Virus record (IMG/VR): IMGVR_UViG_3300020607_000001
Span: 7,967 to 71,966 of that record
DNA: 64,000 nt
Origin: a virus
Strand: one strand, 5' to 3'
Of this stretch, positions 1 through 10,538 are shown piece by piece. The position numbers and the translations under genes were made by a program. Under the pieces are notes generated by a model. That model was not told where the DNA came from and did not search any database. It saw only the letters and a list, made by a program, of their open reading frames with translations. The number at the start of each line of letters is the position of its first letter. Position 1 is the first letter of the stretch.

Positions 1-3000
1 TCATACCGACCATCAGCTTTCAACTGCTCGATCTTCAAAGAGTTCTTCAACCAGAAGACATCAGGATCTTCGTTGTTCGGGATCTGTTGTGTCAGAGGGT
101 TCCCCAACTTCGCATTGGCTTCGATCAGACGAGGAGTACCTTCACCACCACGACGAGCATGTTCACGGGCCAAACCCTTACGAGTGGTCAGGAAGATCCC
201 ACCATCGTTGAACGTGTCGAACAGAGCGTTGGTCCCATGGTAGAACTTGATGGGGTTTCCATCTTCGTCCTTCAGGATGTCGTCAGATTGGTCAATTTGG
301 ATGTCAGCGTCGCCTTCCACAAGGTCAGCTTCGACATTAGTTTCTGCATCGACGGATACTTCGTCCGAAGGCGTTGCATTGCTATCCGTCTCAGAAGTGT
401 CCACAGAAGACCCTTCACTATCGGCAGCACTATCCACTTCATCAATATTGTTGTCATTGGTTTCTCCTTCGGTTTGGCTCTGCTCCTCTCCCTCAGACAC
501 TGCCTCGGCTGGTGCCTCGACAGTATCTGCGGTTTCGTCGATAGCCGTTGTGTCGCCTTCGACCAGAACGCCACCTTCATCAACCAAAAGCTCAGTGCTT
601 TCGGCTACGTTTGTTTGACCAAACAGCTCAGGGAAGGTGTTACGGATCTGGTTGTAAACGGCCACAGCAGCATCAAGGTCATTGGAGACCTGTTTGGCGA
701 ACTGAGCAGAATTCGGGTTGCCCCGGTGATATGCAACAGGGTTGCGGAATTGATCAGCTTCGATGAACCGGTTGCCACCAACCAGACCACGGAAACCAGT
801 TTGAGGACCACGGCCCTTCTCATTGTTGTTCTGGAACGACTCGTTCAGAGCACCGACCTTGTTGTTCAGGTGTTCAACCAAGTTGCCAAATTCCTGCATA
901 ACCTGTTGAACAGGAACACTTTGTCCCTCTTGGTTTGTGACCAGACCATCAGAAGACTGAGCACCTTGGAAGATCTCGGACGCAAAGTCATTGATCGAAC
1001 GGAGCTGTTGACCACGTGCATCAGTAAAACCCTCAACACGAAGGCTACGAGATGTACCTTCTAGTGTTAGAGGAGCTTGATCAGTCGAACGACCAACACG
1101 GTTCAAACCAATGTGACGCTCTTGCGAGATAGTCACCTGACGGCCTGTGTGAGCGTTGACGATGGATGCAATGCTGGAAGCACCTTCCATGATACGCACA
1201 TCGCTGTCAGACAGGTTGGCACCAGACTCCTTGAGGATCTTGTTGACCACATCAGGGTTCACGTTGGATGGGTTCACACGAGCAACAGACACGTTCTCAG
1301 CCACCACATCAGTTGTGATCTCTGTATCCACGCTCTGAGTTGCATTCAGGTCAGTTTTGCGTACCTGTGCTTCGATACGGCGAGCCTGTGGGCTGTTCAC
1401 CATCTTGTTCACTTGGTTCCGGAGCGTAGCAGGCATATCACGCATCATCCCCCGGAGACGGGAGAACTGAGAAGCAGCATATGCTATCTGAGCCGGGGTA
1501 GGCTTGAACGAACGGCTGGAGAGGTTCTCTGCCAGCTCAGTGACGTTCTGTATCAATGAACCACCTGCAACACCTTCAGGAGCAGGAGTGGTATCAACCT
1601 CTGATACAGCAGCTTCCAGCTCAGGAGAGGCTTGACCGGTCTCAACTGCGTCAATGGCAGCGATTGCTGTCTCACGTGCAGCAGCAGCCCCTTCATTACG
1701 ACCAGCAATGTCAGCACCTTCGGCACGGTCACGAACCGCAGCCACAACAGGTTGCACAACGCCAGATGCAGCCTCAACAGCCTGCGATGCAGCACTGACT
1801 GCACGAGAACCAAGGCTATCACGACCAAGGATGTCATTGCGAAGGGGATCATTGAATTCACGAGCACCAACAGCATCACCGATCACAGAAGCTGCATCAC
1901 GTGCAGTTTGAGCACCAGTACCGGGGGCAGCCAGAACACCGGCCATACCAGCACCAGCAATCAGACCTGTTGCAGCGGCTTCACCGACACCTTCAGTCAA
2001 CTGACGAGAGCTGTCAGCGTTGTCACGTACAGCGATGTTTTCATTAAATTTACCAATGGATCCCTGACCAGTTTCTTCCAGAGCTTGGGAACCAACTTGA
2101 CGAAGAGACGACAGAAGACTCGATCCTTGGAATGCACCAACTGGGTTCGCTTCAAAGCGAGCAGCAATCAGACCCAATGCCGTAGCAGCAGGGAGTTGGC
2201 GAGCAAATGCTTCACGGCCTGTCTCAACAGCAACACGCATACGAGCTTGGTCAGGGTTCAGACCAGCTTCCAAATATGCGTTGTACGTCTCAGAGCCGGA
2301 CGACAGTTGTTCGTGGGAGAGTTGCATCACAGCAGTCGAGGCTTCAGCCAAGACACCAGAGGCTTCTGATACACCAACACCCAATGCAGCACCGGATGTG
2401 GTTGCCACACGTTGAGCTGTCTCATTGGCTGTCAGACGACCAGTTGTTGCACCAGCAACACGAGCACCACCTTGAGCCAGTTTGGCTGATGGACCCAATG
2501 AACCAATGGCTTCAGAGATGATGTCACCAGCAACGGCACCGTCGGAGAGAATGCGATCACCTGTGTTCAGAACGTCACGACCGATACGCTTTGCACCAGC
2601 AAAGAACTCGCTGTCACCAGCTTGAAGGTCACGAAGTTCCTGAGCAGCACTGTCCAGACCATCCAACTGGCCTTCGATACCAGACAGACGACGACGCTCT
2701 TGTAACTCATCGGATTGGAAGGAACGAATGAAAGAAGTTGCTTCATTGGTTGTCTGGGCCACATCGACACCAAATTCACCAAGACCAGTGTTCTCAGGAT
2801 CGAAATACTCATCGACTGCACCAACACCTTGAAGAACGGCAGACTCCAAAGAGCCTACCAGTCCTACAAAGCCTGCACCCACACCCAGTGTAGTATCACC
2901 CACAACTTGTGCGTTGGAGCGGTCAGCAGACTGGGCGTCACGTTGTTGACGGATTGTCTGTTGGAGAGAGCCACGTTGTTCTGCAACTTGGCGACCATAG

Positions 3001-3218
3001 CGAGCTTCAAGCTCAGCATATGGTAAGGTCATGACATCATTGGCAAAAGTACCATCAGCAGCGAATTCGTTACCTTCACGGTCAGCAGCTACAATGGTGT
3101 CCCGGATACCTGAGTCCCCAAGTGCAGCAGCTATCTGGCCTTGGGCGGTGGCTTGCCGGACGAACTCCGGGTTGGCCAAGGGGGAATTGGAGTAATCGAA
3201 GTTGAAATCGTCAGACAT
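1..3218 (-). CDS. Virion-encapsidated RNA polymerase (N4 gp50-like), N-terminal part; runs off the left window edge
   Basis: ATG at 3218 (MSDDFNFDYSNSPLANPEFVRQ...). The same frame is open where checked near 2.85 kb and at the window edge (...QLKADGRY). It is missing from the ORF track, as expected if no stop lies in the window. Ala/Gln/Glu-rich, and directly downstream of gp51/52/53 homologs as in N4. Catalytic motifs lie outside the window. Confidence 0.85.
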   Translation of the reverse strand, partial: MSDDFNFDYSNSPLANPEFVRQATAQGQIAAALGDSGIRDTIVAADREGNEFAADGTFANDVMTLPYAELEARYGRQVAEQRGSLQQTIRQQRDAQSADRSNAQVVGDTTLGVGAGFVGLVGSLESAVLQGVGAVDEYFDPENTGLGEFGVDVAQTTNEATSFIRSFQSDELQERRRLSGIEGQLDGLDSAAQELRDLQAGDSEFFAGAKRIGRDVLNTGDRILSDGAVAGDIISEAIGSLGPSAKLAQGGARVAGATTGRLTANETAQRVATTSGAALGVGVSEASGVLAEASTAVMQLSHEQLSSGSETYNAYLEAGLNPDQARMRVAVETGREAFARQLPAATALGLIAARFEANPVGAFQGSSLLSSLRQVGSQALEETGQGSIGKFNENIAVRDNADSSRQLTEGVGEAAATGLIAGAGMAGVLAAPGTGAQTARDAASVIGDAVGAREFNDPLRNDILGRDSLGSRAVSAASQAVEAASGVVQPVVAAVRDRAEGADIAGRNEGAAAARETAIAAIDAVETGQASPELEAAVSEVDTTPAPEGVAGGSLIQNVTELAENLSSRSFKPTPAQIAYAASQFSRLRGMMRDMPATLRNQVNKMVNSPQARRIEAQVRKTDLNATQSVDTEITTDVVAENVSVARVNPSNVNPDVVNKILKESGANLSDSDVRIMEGASSIASIVNAHTGRQVTISQERHIGLNRVGRSTDQAPLTLEGTSRSLRVEGFTDARGQQLRSINDFASEIFQGAQSSDGLVTNQEGQSVPVQQVMQEFGNLVEHLNNKVGALNESFQNNNEKGRGPQTGFRGLVGGNRFIEADQFRNPVAYHRGNPNSAQFAKQVSNDLDAAVAVYNQIRNTFPELFGQTNVAESTELLVDEGGVLVEGDTTAIDETADTVEAPAEAVSEGEEQSQTEGETNDNNIDEVDSAADSEGSSVDTSETDSNATPSDEVSVDAETNVEADLVEGDADIQIDQSDDILKDEDGNPIKFYHGTNALFDTFNDGGIFLTTRKGLAREHARRGGEGTPRLIEANAKLGNPLTQQIPNNEDPDVFWLKNSLKIEQLKADGRY

Positions 3219-3259
3219 GTTGGGGCCTCAGAGATTGATGTTCTGAATTACCCCAACCA

Positions 3260-5215
3260 TTATCCTCTTATTGCGGAGATTAAAAGCCTTTTGTCTTCGG
3301 CTGACAAAGAACGATCACCTTGGATGGATGTTTCGAGATCAGCCATCGCACGGAAGAACTCAGGGCTTTCAGGATCCAGTCCCTCAAGACGAGAACCCAG
3401 ACCTGTCCGAGCAATGTATGTGGACAGTTGCTGTTGAACTGCCTGTGGAGTTGAACCAGCACGAAGAGTGTCACGTGTCTGGGCAATCTCACGAGCAATT
3501 GCAGGAGGAACTTTCCGACCAGCAGCAGAGTAACGAAGAGCTTGGCTCTCCAACTGTTGCAGACGAGTTGTGGCAGCTTCTGTCTGAGCACCATCACGGG
3601 CAGCAATTGCAGCTACATCCCCTGCACGTGCTCGTGCTTCAGGACCAAAGGTGTCCCGTGCAAAGCGTACAGCAGCTTCACTGTCAAACTGGTTCCCAAC
3701 TGTATTCCAGCCAAATGGATCAGCTTGATAGCTTTCAGCCAGAGCATAAGCAGCTTCTCCACGAGAAATACGCAGACCATCGGCCAGAGTATCAATCGCA
3801 TCATTCAGCTCCTCACGTTCTTCGACGGAGAACTCACGATCAAAACGAGAAGAGATCGAGCTGATTGGATCAGCGTTATAGCCTTCAGCTTCACCAATGA
3901 CCCGTTGTTGTGGGTCATTCCCTGCCAGACGTGCTCGCTCAGCAGCTTCTGCCTCAACAGCAGCAGCAATGAGTGGATCTTCTGGGGCCTGTGGGTTGAA
4001 GATACCGGGGTTTGCTTGAGCAGCACCTTGGATCCGACCCAACAGATCAAGAGTTGCCCCATCATCAAGACCAGCACCTTGTGCAGCAGCCAAGATAGAA
4101 GCAGGATCTTGCCCATTTACCGTTGGATCAGTGAATGACCCAAGAACAGCAGCATCAGATGCAGCTTGAACACGTGCAGCTTCAGCAGCATCCAACCGGC
4201 CTTGGCCGATGCCTTGTGCTTCATATGCTGAACCAAGCAGACCATTGATGTCGCCGGGGGAGAGGTATTGAGAACCACCCAGAGCAGCTTGCAGACGGTC
4301 GAACTGTGGACGTGCCAAAGCAGTGTTGGGGGGAGTGAAACCATTCCCACCAGTGTAGGCAGCAACACGGCTCAAACGATGTTCTTCAGCAGGACGCAAG
4401 AAGTTTGATACGATTGCAGCACCAGCAGATCCGGCATCCTGTGTTGCGAAGATTGCATCACGAGCACCGCTTTCAGAGCCTTGAAGTTCGTGCATCAGCC
4501 AATCAAGTTGGTTGTCCACGGAGTAATCGTTGCCGTAACGAGCTTCAAACGCATCACGACGAGCACCTGTAAGCTGATAGAGACCACGGCCACGAGTACC
4601 GTGAACGTTGTCTTCAGCTTCTGTAATGTCGATGTCAAAGCCGGACTCATCTTGAAAGTTCATCATGAAGCCCTGAGCAACGTGCTCCGGCATACCACGA
4701 TCCAGCAGACCCTGATAAACTTGGGCTTGAACACCTTCACGGCCACGACCGAATTGGTTGCCTTCTTGGTTCGCACCAACAACCAGTCCAGACAGACCGG
4801 CAAGTTCACGACGACGACCATCTTCATAGGCATAGTTGCCAGCAGCACGACCTTCAGCAGCTTGTGCAATTGCAGTCCGAGCACGTGTTCCATCTGTGTT
4901 GGCACGAACACCAGCATCCCGGACAAAGCCTGTCCGAGCACCAAGAACGTGATCACGAAGGGTCGAGGAGATGTTGCGTCCTTCCAGACCACCACCATCA
5001 ATAAATGCGTCAAATTCAGCTTCATCACCCAAACCAGCAAGATCAGAGAGCAAAGCCTGATCGGCCTGCTCTTTCTGTCCTGCATCGTATTGGGACAAAA
5101 CACCGTTGGCTGTTTCAAAACCACGGTTGAAGGATTGGTTTGCACGAGCCAATGCCTGTGAAGCACCACTCAGATCTGGAGCAACCAGTTGTTGCCAGCG
5201 AAGACGAGGATCCAT
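3260..5215 (-). CDS. Internal virion/ejection protein (gp51-like) with phage tail lysozyme-like domain
   Basis: 651 aa. Segment VYQGLLDRGMPEHVAQGFMMNFQDESGF...GRGLYQLTGARR...NQLDWLMHEL resembles Phage_lysozyme2. N4 synteny. Confidence 0.75.
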   Translation of the reverse strand: MDPRLRWQQLVAPDLSGASQALARANQSFNRGFETANGVLSQYDAGQKEQADQALLSDLAGLGDEAEFDAFIDGGGLEGRNISSTLRDHVLGARTGFVRDAGVRANTDGTRARTAIAQAAEGRAAGNYAYEDGRRRELAGLSGLVVGANQEGNQFGRGREGVQAQVYQGLLDRGMPEHVAQGFMMNFQDESGFDIDITEAEDNVHGTRGRGLYQLTGARRDAFEARYGNDYSVDNQLDWLMHELQGSESGARDAIFATQDAGSAGAAIVSNFLRPAEEHRLSRVAAYTGGNGFTPPNTALARPQFDRLQAALGGSQYLSPGDINGLLGSAYEAQGIGQGRLDAAEAARVQAASDAAVLGSFTDPTVNGQDPASILAAAQGAGLDDGATLDLLGRIQGAAQANPGIFNPQAPEDPLIAAAVEAEAAERARLAGNDPQQRVIGEAEGYNADPISSISSRFDREFSVEEREELNDAIDTLADGLRISRGEAAYALAESYQADPFGWNTVGNQFDSEAAVRFARDTFGPEARARAGDVAAIAARDGAQTEAATTRLQQLESQALRYSAAGRKVPPAIAREIAQTRDTLRAGSTPQAVQQQLSTYIARTGLGSRLEGLDPESPEFFRAMADLETSIQGDRSLSAEDKRLLISAIRG

Positions 5216-5225
5216 GGGCTACTCC

Positions 5226-5681
5226 TTAGAGGCGGTTTTCATCAAGATAAGCATCGGTCTCACTAGCAGCACGGCCTTCCGTGTTGTGACGAGCGCGAAT
5301 GCGATCTTCTAGAGCTGTGTTGTACGTCTGGCGGTTGTTTTCCAAGTTGGTTTGGAACGTCTCACGAGCCAGTCCGAGTTGTTCTTTTGCGATCTTGTGC
5401 TGTTGGTAGGAATTCCACAGCGAACCAAGAGTCTGAATGCCGCCCATGACGAGCTGGAGGTTGCCGGTATTGAAGGATCCATCCCCATTCCGGAAGAAAC
5501 CTCCTTGCTGTTGTCCAGCTCCGCCAACGGGGTTGACACCCGAAGTGGCTGAAACATCAACACCTGAAACTGCACCACCCACCGGTTGTGTACCGATGGG
5601 AGCCATTGCAGCTTGCTGTGTACCAATCTGGGTAGTCGAAAGCGTGCTACCGTTCTGTGTTGCATCATTAAGTCCGAGCAT
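5226..5681 (-). CDS. Internal virion protein (N4 gp52-like)
   Basis: 151 aa, Gly/Gln-rich, C-terminal YNTALEDRIRAR motif; synteny. Confidence 0.7.
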   Translation of the reverse strand: MLGLNDATQNGSTLSTTQIGTQQAAMAPIGTQPVGGAVSGVDVSATSGVNPVGGAGQQQGGFFRNGDGSFNTGNLQLVMGGIQTLGSLWNSYQQHKIAKEQLGLARETFQTNLENNRQTYNTALEDRIRARHNTEGRAASETDAYLDENRL

Positions 5682-5689
5682 GGCGATCC

Positions 5690-8416
5690 TCAGTTTCTTG
5701 GAAGTGTTTGTTGAACATCGACGAAATCATAGACCATTGAGTGGGTAATATCCACCACATCAGTGCCGGTCATAGTCGTCCGTCGGATAAACTGATCAGC
5801 GGTTTCAGGGAGATAACCTCCGGGACCGTTGTTCGAGCCATTGCCTCTGACGCTATCTGTAAGGGCAAGTGGGTTAAATTGCAAATCGTTACCACCCAAA
5901 CCAGCGATCAAATCGTTGATATAGTCCATCTGGGTCTCATATTGGTCCTGTTCCTCTTCAAAGTCGGCTGCCAGCTCTCCAATCTCAGCAGCAACAAACC
6001 CTGCATATCCGTTGGCCAAAGCACCACCGATCTTTAGAATACCGGCTGCATCGAAAGTGAAACCACCTGAAGCAACGGCACCGATTGCCAGACCAGCAAT
6101 GGCAGCGAACAATGCACCGAATTTTTCACCAAACAACTCTGTCCCGATGATCTTCAGAACTTCTGACACGATGATGGAGGCCAAATAGTTGGCAACAACC
6201 CCAGCAACAATGGCAGCCGTCCCGGTTAGACCGAGGGCTGCACCAACAGCCGCGTTGGCACCGAGAATACCACTCCCTGCTGCAAATGCTCCGGGGTTGA
6301 TCACAACAGCCACCACAATGATGATAATGATCAACAAGATCTTGAAGATCCCTCGCTGATACCACTTCTGCTTCGTCACAGTGTACGAGTTGAAGAGGAC
6401 GTGAACATTGGCCGTGGCCATCTGTGTGTAATCCACAATCGAGAGAGACTTCATTGTTGGTTCATGGAGCGGGATGACAAAACCAGAAATATCAGAGTCA
6501 TCAAGTGCTTCATGTCCAGTGATGCGAACAGCTTTACCTCCGTAGATGTAGTTGGAATGTAGCAGACCATAGACCGTGATTTTCCGGTATGTGTTGTCGT
6601 CAATCTGCCAGTAAATTTCGATTGAGTCCAAAGACTTATCAACCAAACGAGTTGAACCAAAGATGTCATCTGAACGGCCCCAGAGAACACCTTCTTCTTC
6701 CTGCCAAGTGACAGTTGCACCTTTCTTGAGCTGCACTTCATTCTTCTTGGCATTACGGTCCCCACCAAGAGGATCCTCATACGTATAGACCCCAGTGATC
6801 TGTTCCAGATCAATGTGGGACCATTGCAGACGGATGTCGAAAGAAGGCATCAACGGAGAGTTGGTCTTCAATCGAATGGTTGTCTGTTCAGGGATTGAGA
6901 GAGCTGGAACCACAGGACGAGGAGGACGTAAGTTCCATGGGGTATTGTCCCAGTCTGTGGCTTTCCACGCATCCAGAGCAGCCTTAGCTGCATTGTGGTC
7001 AGCGATTGACTGTTCAAAGCCTGCCATTGTCCCCGAACCAGAGTTCTGGAAGGGGATCATATTTTCAAAATACTTGAAGATGTACTTCCGGCAGGAGTTC
7101 TCCATCACGTTCAGAGAAACCCCATACATGATGTAGGCGTAGTCGATGTCATCAATTGAGTCGTTGTCTTCGATCTCATCCAAAATCCCACTTATGTTCT
7201 TGAGATTGTTGGCTTTTCGATATGCTTTCCGGGTCTCTTCATACAAACCATTGGTGTCATATGGAGCTTCTGTCACCGACTTGTTGTTCAAACGAAGGGG
7301 GATAAACGGGAAGAATTCTTGGAAGTTCGAAGCGTCACTCTCTTGGAACAGAGCATCCAGCACAGCATTACCAGAACCTTGTGTATAGAGAAACAGCTCT
7401 TCACCATACAAAACAGTGGACTCGAAGATGTCCTGTGTGTCGAGCTGTTCAGTCCATTGAACCACAACTTCCTCACCGGTTGTCACCGTGGTTGTTGTCT
7501 TGGTTACGCCCCCACCGATGTCTTCTGTCACCACTGTGGTGTCAGAGTAGATGTTGGCTTTCTGGTCATCCCCTGTGTACGTCAGACGTTGGTATTCACC
7601 TTCGATCTGGATCCCAACATTGGCGATCAGATCTGTCTTCTCATATACGTCAATGGATCGGTTCAGATCCACACCAACTGAAGCATCTTGGTTTGTCACG
7701 ATGTCAGGATCACCATTGTCAAAGGACTCGGTGATCTCTGCATTTCGAACCAAAGTGGTAGAAAACACCGTACCAGAGGATGAGACAGGCGTAAACGAAA
7801 CCAAGTTGCCAGCCTGTACTGTGACAGTTACTGGAGTTCCGGGAACCTCTGGTTGGGTATCATCGTCGATCACGTGCATATGACGTGCCTCGATATACCG
7901 GCCATCGGTGTTGTATTGAGCATCTGTGAACGTGAATGTGTCCCCATTTGGGAACTGCACAGTGAAATCATCGGTCGAGGGTTCATAATCCCCCAGCCAA
8001 TCTTCATTGATCCGTTCTTGGTGGTTTTGAAGGATCCATCGTTCCAAGAAAGGTGTGGGATCTCCCTCACTGATCTGTGCGTTGGTTACGGTGATGTAAG
8101 ACCCAGCAGGAGCTGCACCATTCACAGGGATCTCCCCGGCCACCACATCAGGATCAGCAGGAGAGTTGTTCGTCACTGTCGCCGTAGGTAAACCAGCAAT
8201 GTCATTTCGATCTGCATAACGAAAGAAAGACCTCTGAGCGAGGCCCGGTCCATTGAAATAGGACTTTGTGATGTCATCAGTTAACGAAGGACTATTCGCC
8301 ATCACCGAAGAAAACAGAGTTCCCTTCAGGTAATTTGGACGTTCGTCCTCCGGTCCTGCCATATTGTACAGGGTCGAAGAGACGTTGATGATCTTTTTGG
8401 AGGAGAACAGACCCAT
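5690..8416 (-). CDS. Tail/virion structural protein (N4 gp53-like) with C-terminal hydrophobic region
   Basis: 908 aa. Starts MGLFSSKKIINVSS. KWYQRGIFKILLIIIIIVVAVV is followed by Gly/Ala-rich helices. Synteny. Confidence 0.75.
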   Translation of the reverse strand: MGLFSSKKIINVSSTLYNMAGPEDERPNYLKGTLFSSVMANSPSLTDDITKSYFNGPGLAQRSFFRYADRNDIAGLPTATVTNNSPADPDVVAGEIPVNGAAPAGSYITVTNAQISEGDPTPFLERWILQNHQERINEDWLGDYEPSTDDFTVQFPNGDTFTFTDAQYNTDGRYIEARHMHVIDDDTQPEVPGTPVTVTVQAGNLVSFTPVSSSGTVFSTTLVRNAEITESFDNGDPDIVTNQDASVGVDLNRSIDVYEKTDLIANVGIQIEGEYQRLTYTGDDQKANIYSDTTVVTEDIGGGVTKTTTTVTTGEEVVVQWTEQLDTQDIFESTVLYGEELFLYTQGSGNAVLDALFQESDASNFQEFFPFIPLRLNNKSVTEAPYDTNGLYEETRKAYRKANNLKNISGILDEIEDNDSIDDIDYAYIMYGVSLNVMENSCRKYIFKYFENMIPFQNSGSGTMAGFEQSIADHNAAKAALDAWKATDWDNTPWNLRPPRPVVPALSIPEQTTIRLKTNSPLMPSFDIRLQWSHIDLEQITGVYTYEDPLGGDRNAKKNEVQLKKGATVTWQEEEGVLWGRSDDIFGSTRLVDKSLDSIEIYWQIDDNTYRKITVYGLLHSNYIYGGKAVRITGHEALDDSDISGFVIPLHEPTMKSLSIVDYTQMATANVHVLFNSYTVTKQKWYQRGIFKILLIIIIIVVAVVINPGAFAAGSGILGANAAVGAALGLTGTAAIVAGVVANYLASIIVSEVLKIIGTELFGEKFGALFAAIAGLAIGAVASGGFTFDAAGILKIGGALANGYAGFVAAEIGELAADFEEEQDQYETQMDYINDLIAGLGGNDLQFNPLALTDSVRGNGSNNGPGGYLPETADQFIRRTTMTGTDVVDITHSMVYDFVDVQQTLPRN

Positions 8417-8428
8417 ATGGGGATCTCC

Positions 8429-9712
8429 TTACAGCGAGTTGTTGGAACGGACGGTTGCAAGAACACTGTCGATGTTTGTGTTGGTCAACTGGTTCGGAGC
8501 ATTCAGACCTTCGTCGAGGGTTTTCTGCGTGATCCAACCATCCAGATACATTTTGGCAGTCTTGTGAGCAGCATCTTTAATAAAGCTGTCGATCTGCTGA
8601 TCGTACAGGTCTTTCTGCTTCCCTACAGATCCTTCCACAGTCGCACCATCAGTACGAGTGTCGAGGGTCTTCGCACGTTCACTCTCAGTCTGTTCCCCGG
8701 TCAGGGTAATCTGAGTGTTCAACAGCTCGATCTGCTTACCAATCGTACCGCCAATGACGGTCAAACCATCAGAACGAGTACCCAGTGTCGAAGCACGTTG
8801 GACCTCAGTCTGTTCTTTGACCAAGCTGGTTTCAGCAGGTTGACGGAAGTTCAGGATGTGCTGTTGTTGACCCAGTTCAACTGGGAGCATGTTGTCACGA
8901 CGGAACTCTTCGATGTCAGCAGTTACCGGCAAGATCCGGTCACGTTGGATGATCTGAAGATCACGTTCCAGAGGCTGAAGAACACGGTTCTGGAATTCTG
9001 CCACAGCAGCTTGAGCAGGAAGGATACGATCCACCTGCACGTTGTTCATGGCCACAGTCGAAGGCATCACAGCAGTACGTTCATACTGAGTGATCGCAAG
9101 ATCAGCAGGCATCTGGTAGTTCCGCTGGAAGTGCTTGATTGCCACATCAGCCGTTACGCTGTCATGGTTGGCTTCTTCCGTTGCGATCTGCATCTTGGTC
9201 AAACCAAACTGAGCAGCAGTCAAGTTCATTGCGAACTGGGCTTGGACTGTCTCGAACTTGGTTTTCTCCAGCTCAATCAGAGCCTGCGTCGCTTGGATCT
9301 CAGCAATACGTGCCTGCATCTGTGCAGTGATTGCTTGCCAGCGAGACTGGTCTTTCTGAAGAGCGAATGATGTTGCATTACCCATGATGCCATTGGCGAT
9401 CTGGACATAGGCTTCAGCATATTGCGAGCCTGTAATACGGTTCCCTTTGAACTCACGTTCGAGGTGTTTGTCCATGGCAGTCATGAACTTATCGAAGGCA
9501 CCTTCGCCATCGAGACAACCATCCGTCACATCTGAGATACCAACAGACGCCACATCCTCATAAAGAGCTGATGTTTCGTCCGGAGTGACGTTGAATTGGG
9601 AACCAGAGAAATCTGGTGCATCAGGGATCGTTAGACCCCCGGCAAGGGCGGTGAACAGATCGTTGGCCAAGCCAGACGAGTTGTCAGCGTTTTCATATGT
9701 TTGATCGGGCAT
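8429..9712 (-). CDS. Virion structural protein (N4 gp54-like)
   Basis: Start MPDQTYEN after GGAAGGTG SD. G.FD..M..HL..EF...RITG.QYA motif. Synteny. Confidence 0.7.
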   Translation of the reverse strand: MPDQTYENADNSSGLANDLFTALAGGLTIPDAPDFSGSQFNVTPDETSALYEDVASVGISDVTDGCLDGEGAFDKFMTAMDKHLEREFKGNRITGSQYAEAYVQIANGIMGNATSFALQKDQSRWQAITAQMQARIAEIQATQALIELEKTKFETVQAQFAMNLTAAQFGLTKMQIATEEANHDSVTADVAIKHFQRNYQMPADLAITQYERTAVMPSTVAMNNVQVDRILPAQAAVAEFQNRVLQPLERDLQIIQRDRILPVTADIEEFRRDNMLPVELGQQQHILNFRQPAETSLVKEQTEVQRASTLGTRSDGLTVIGGTIGKQIELLNTQITLTGEQTESERAKTLDTRTDGATVEGSVGKQKDLYDQQIDSFIKDAAHKTAKMYLDGWITQKTLDEGLNAPNQLTNTNIDSVLATVRSNNSL

Positions 9713-9736
9713 AATCTGTTCACCTTCCAAGTGGTA

Positions 9737-9758
9737 ATAGGGGGTCGAAACCCCCTAT
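9737..9758 (-). terminator. Intergenic hairpin, possible terminator or processing site
   Basis: ATAGGGGGT-TTCG-ACCCCCTAT, perfect 9-bp stem; weak U-tract. Confidence 0.5.
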
Positions 9759-9759
9759 A

Positions 9760-10500
9760 TCAGTTTGCGTTGCTGCGGTCGATAGCACCACGAGCGGTCT
9801 GCTCTTGAGCCAATGCTTTCAACTGCGTTGGTGTCAGATCGGGCAGAGTCTCGATGAAGAACTTCTTCTGACGGACTGTGACACGCTCTTTCACGCCAAA
9901 TTTGCCGGACTTCTTGTCCTTCCGCACATTGTACGTGCGAGAGTTCAAGTCGTCGAGGATAATTTGTGGGACATGGTAGCCGTTCACATAGACCTCTTCG
10001 TCGAAGGGGATGAACTTGGCGACCTTGCCGGTGTATTTCGAAACCACTGAGATGATTGCACCGGGGACGGCTGCATCAGAAGGATCGTTGTTTGTAATGC
10101 GAACACGACGCATCCGAAGGGCCTGAGCACGAATGACGGCTTTACGCAGCTTGGGGTCTTTGACCTGAGCAGCGTCCATCTCCATCATTTCTTCGTTGGA
10201 ATATTTGATCCGTTCGACTTTGACGTGAACGTCTTCGTCGGGATCAGTTTCTTCCTTGTTCTGAGCGATCAGGGCTTGAGCCACTGGATCATTCAGGTTC
10301 AGGTCTTCGTCAACTTCTGGTTCATCTGGCACTTCATCAATGATGACCTCGGCCAAGATGTTTTCCTTGAGCTTGGCGACACCGGTATTCCCGGAATATC
10401 CTGCTCCAACGAAGTTGGCAATTTCACGAAGAGCATCTTTGTCTTCGGTCTTTTGCACCAGCTCTGCGAGCTGGGGTTTGGTGAGTTCTTGTAGATCCAT
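9760..10500 (-). CDS. Conserved N4 gp55-like protein
   Basis: Start MDLQELTKPQ. RVRITNNDP...G.HVPQIIL...LPDLT..QL..LA..Q motifs. Synteny next to MCP. Confidence 0.7.
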   Translation of the reverse strand: MDLQELTKPQLAELVQKTEDKDALREIANFVGAGYSGNTGVAKLKENILAEVIIDEVPDEPEVDEDLNLNDPVAQALIAQNKEETDPDEDVHVKVERIKYSNEEMMEMDAAQVKDPKLRKAVIRAQALRMRRVRITNNDPSDAAVPGAIISVVSKYTGKVAKFIPFDEEVYVNGYHVPQIILDDLNSRTYNVRKDKKSGKFGVKERVTVRQKKFFIETLPDLTPTQLKALAQEQTARGAIDRSNAN

Positions 10501-10538
10501 GGGGTTTATCCTTTGCTGAGTTACACCGTGGTGCCGTT

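Noticed and set aside
87-3026. Plus-strand ORFs of up to 325 aa
   Set aside because: Antisense shadows of the vRNAP frame; no SD sequences or recognisable motifs.
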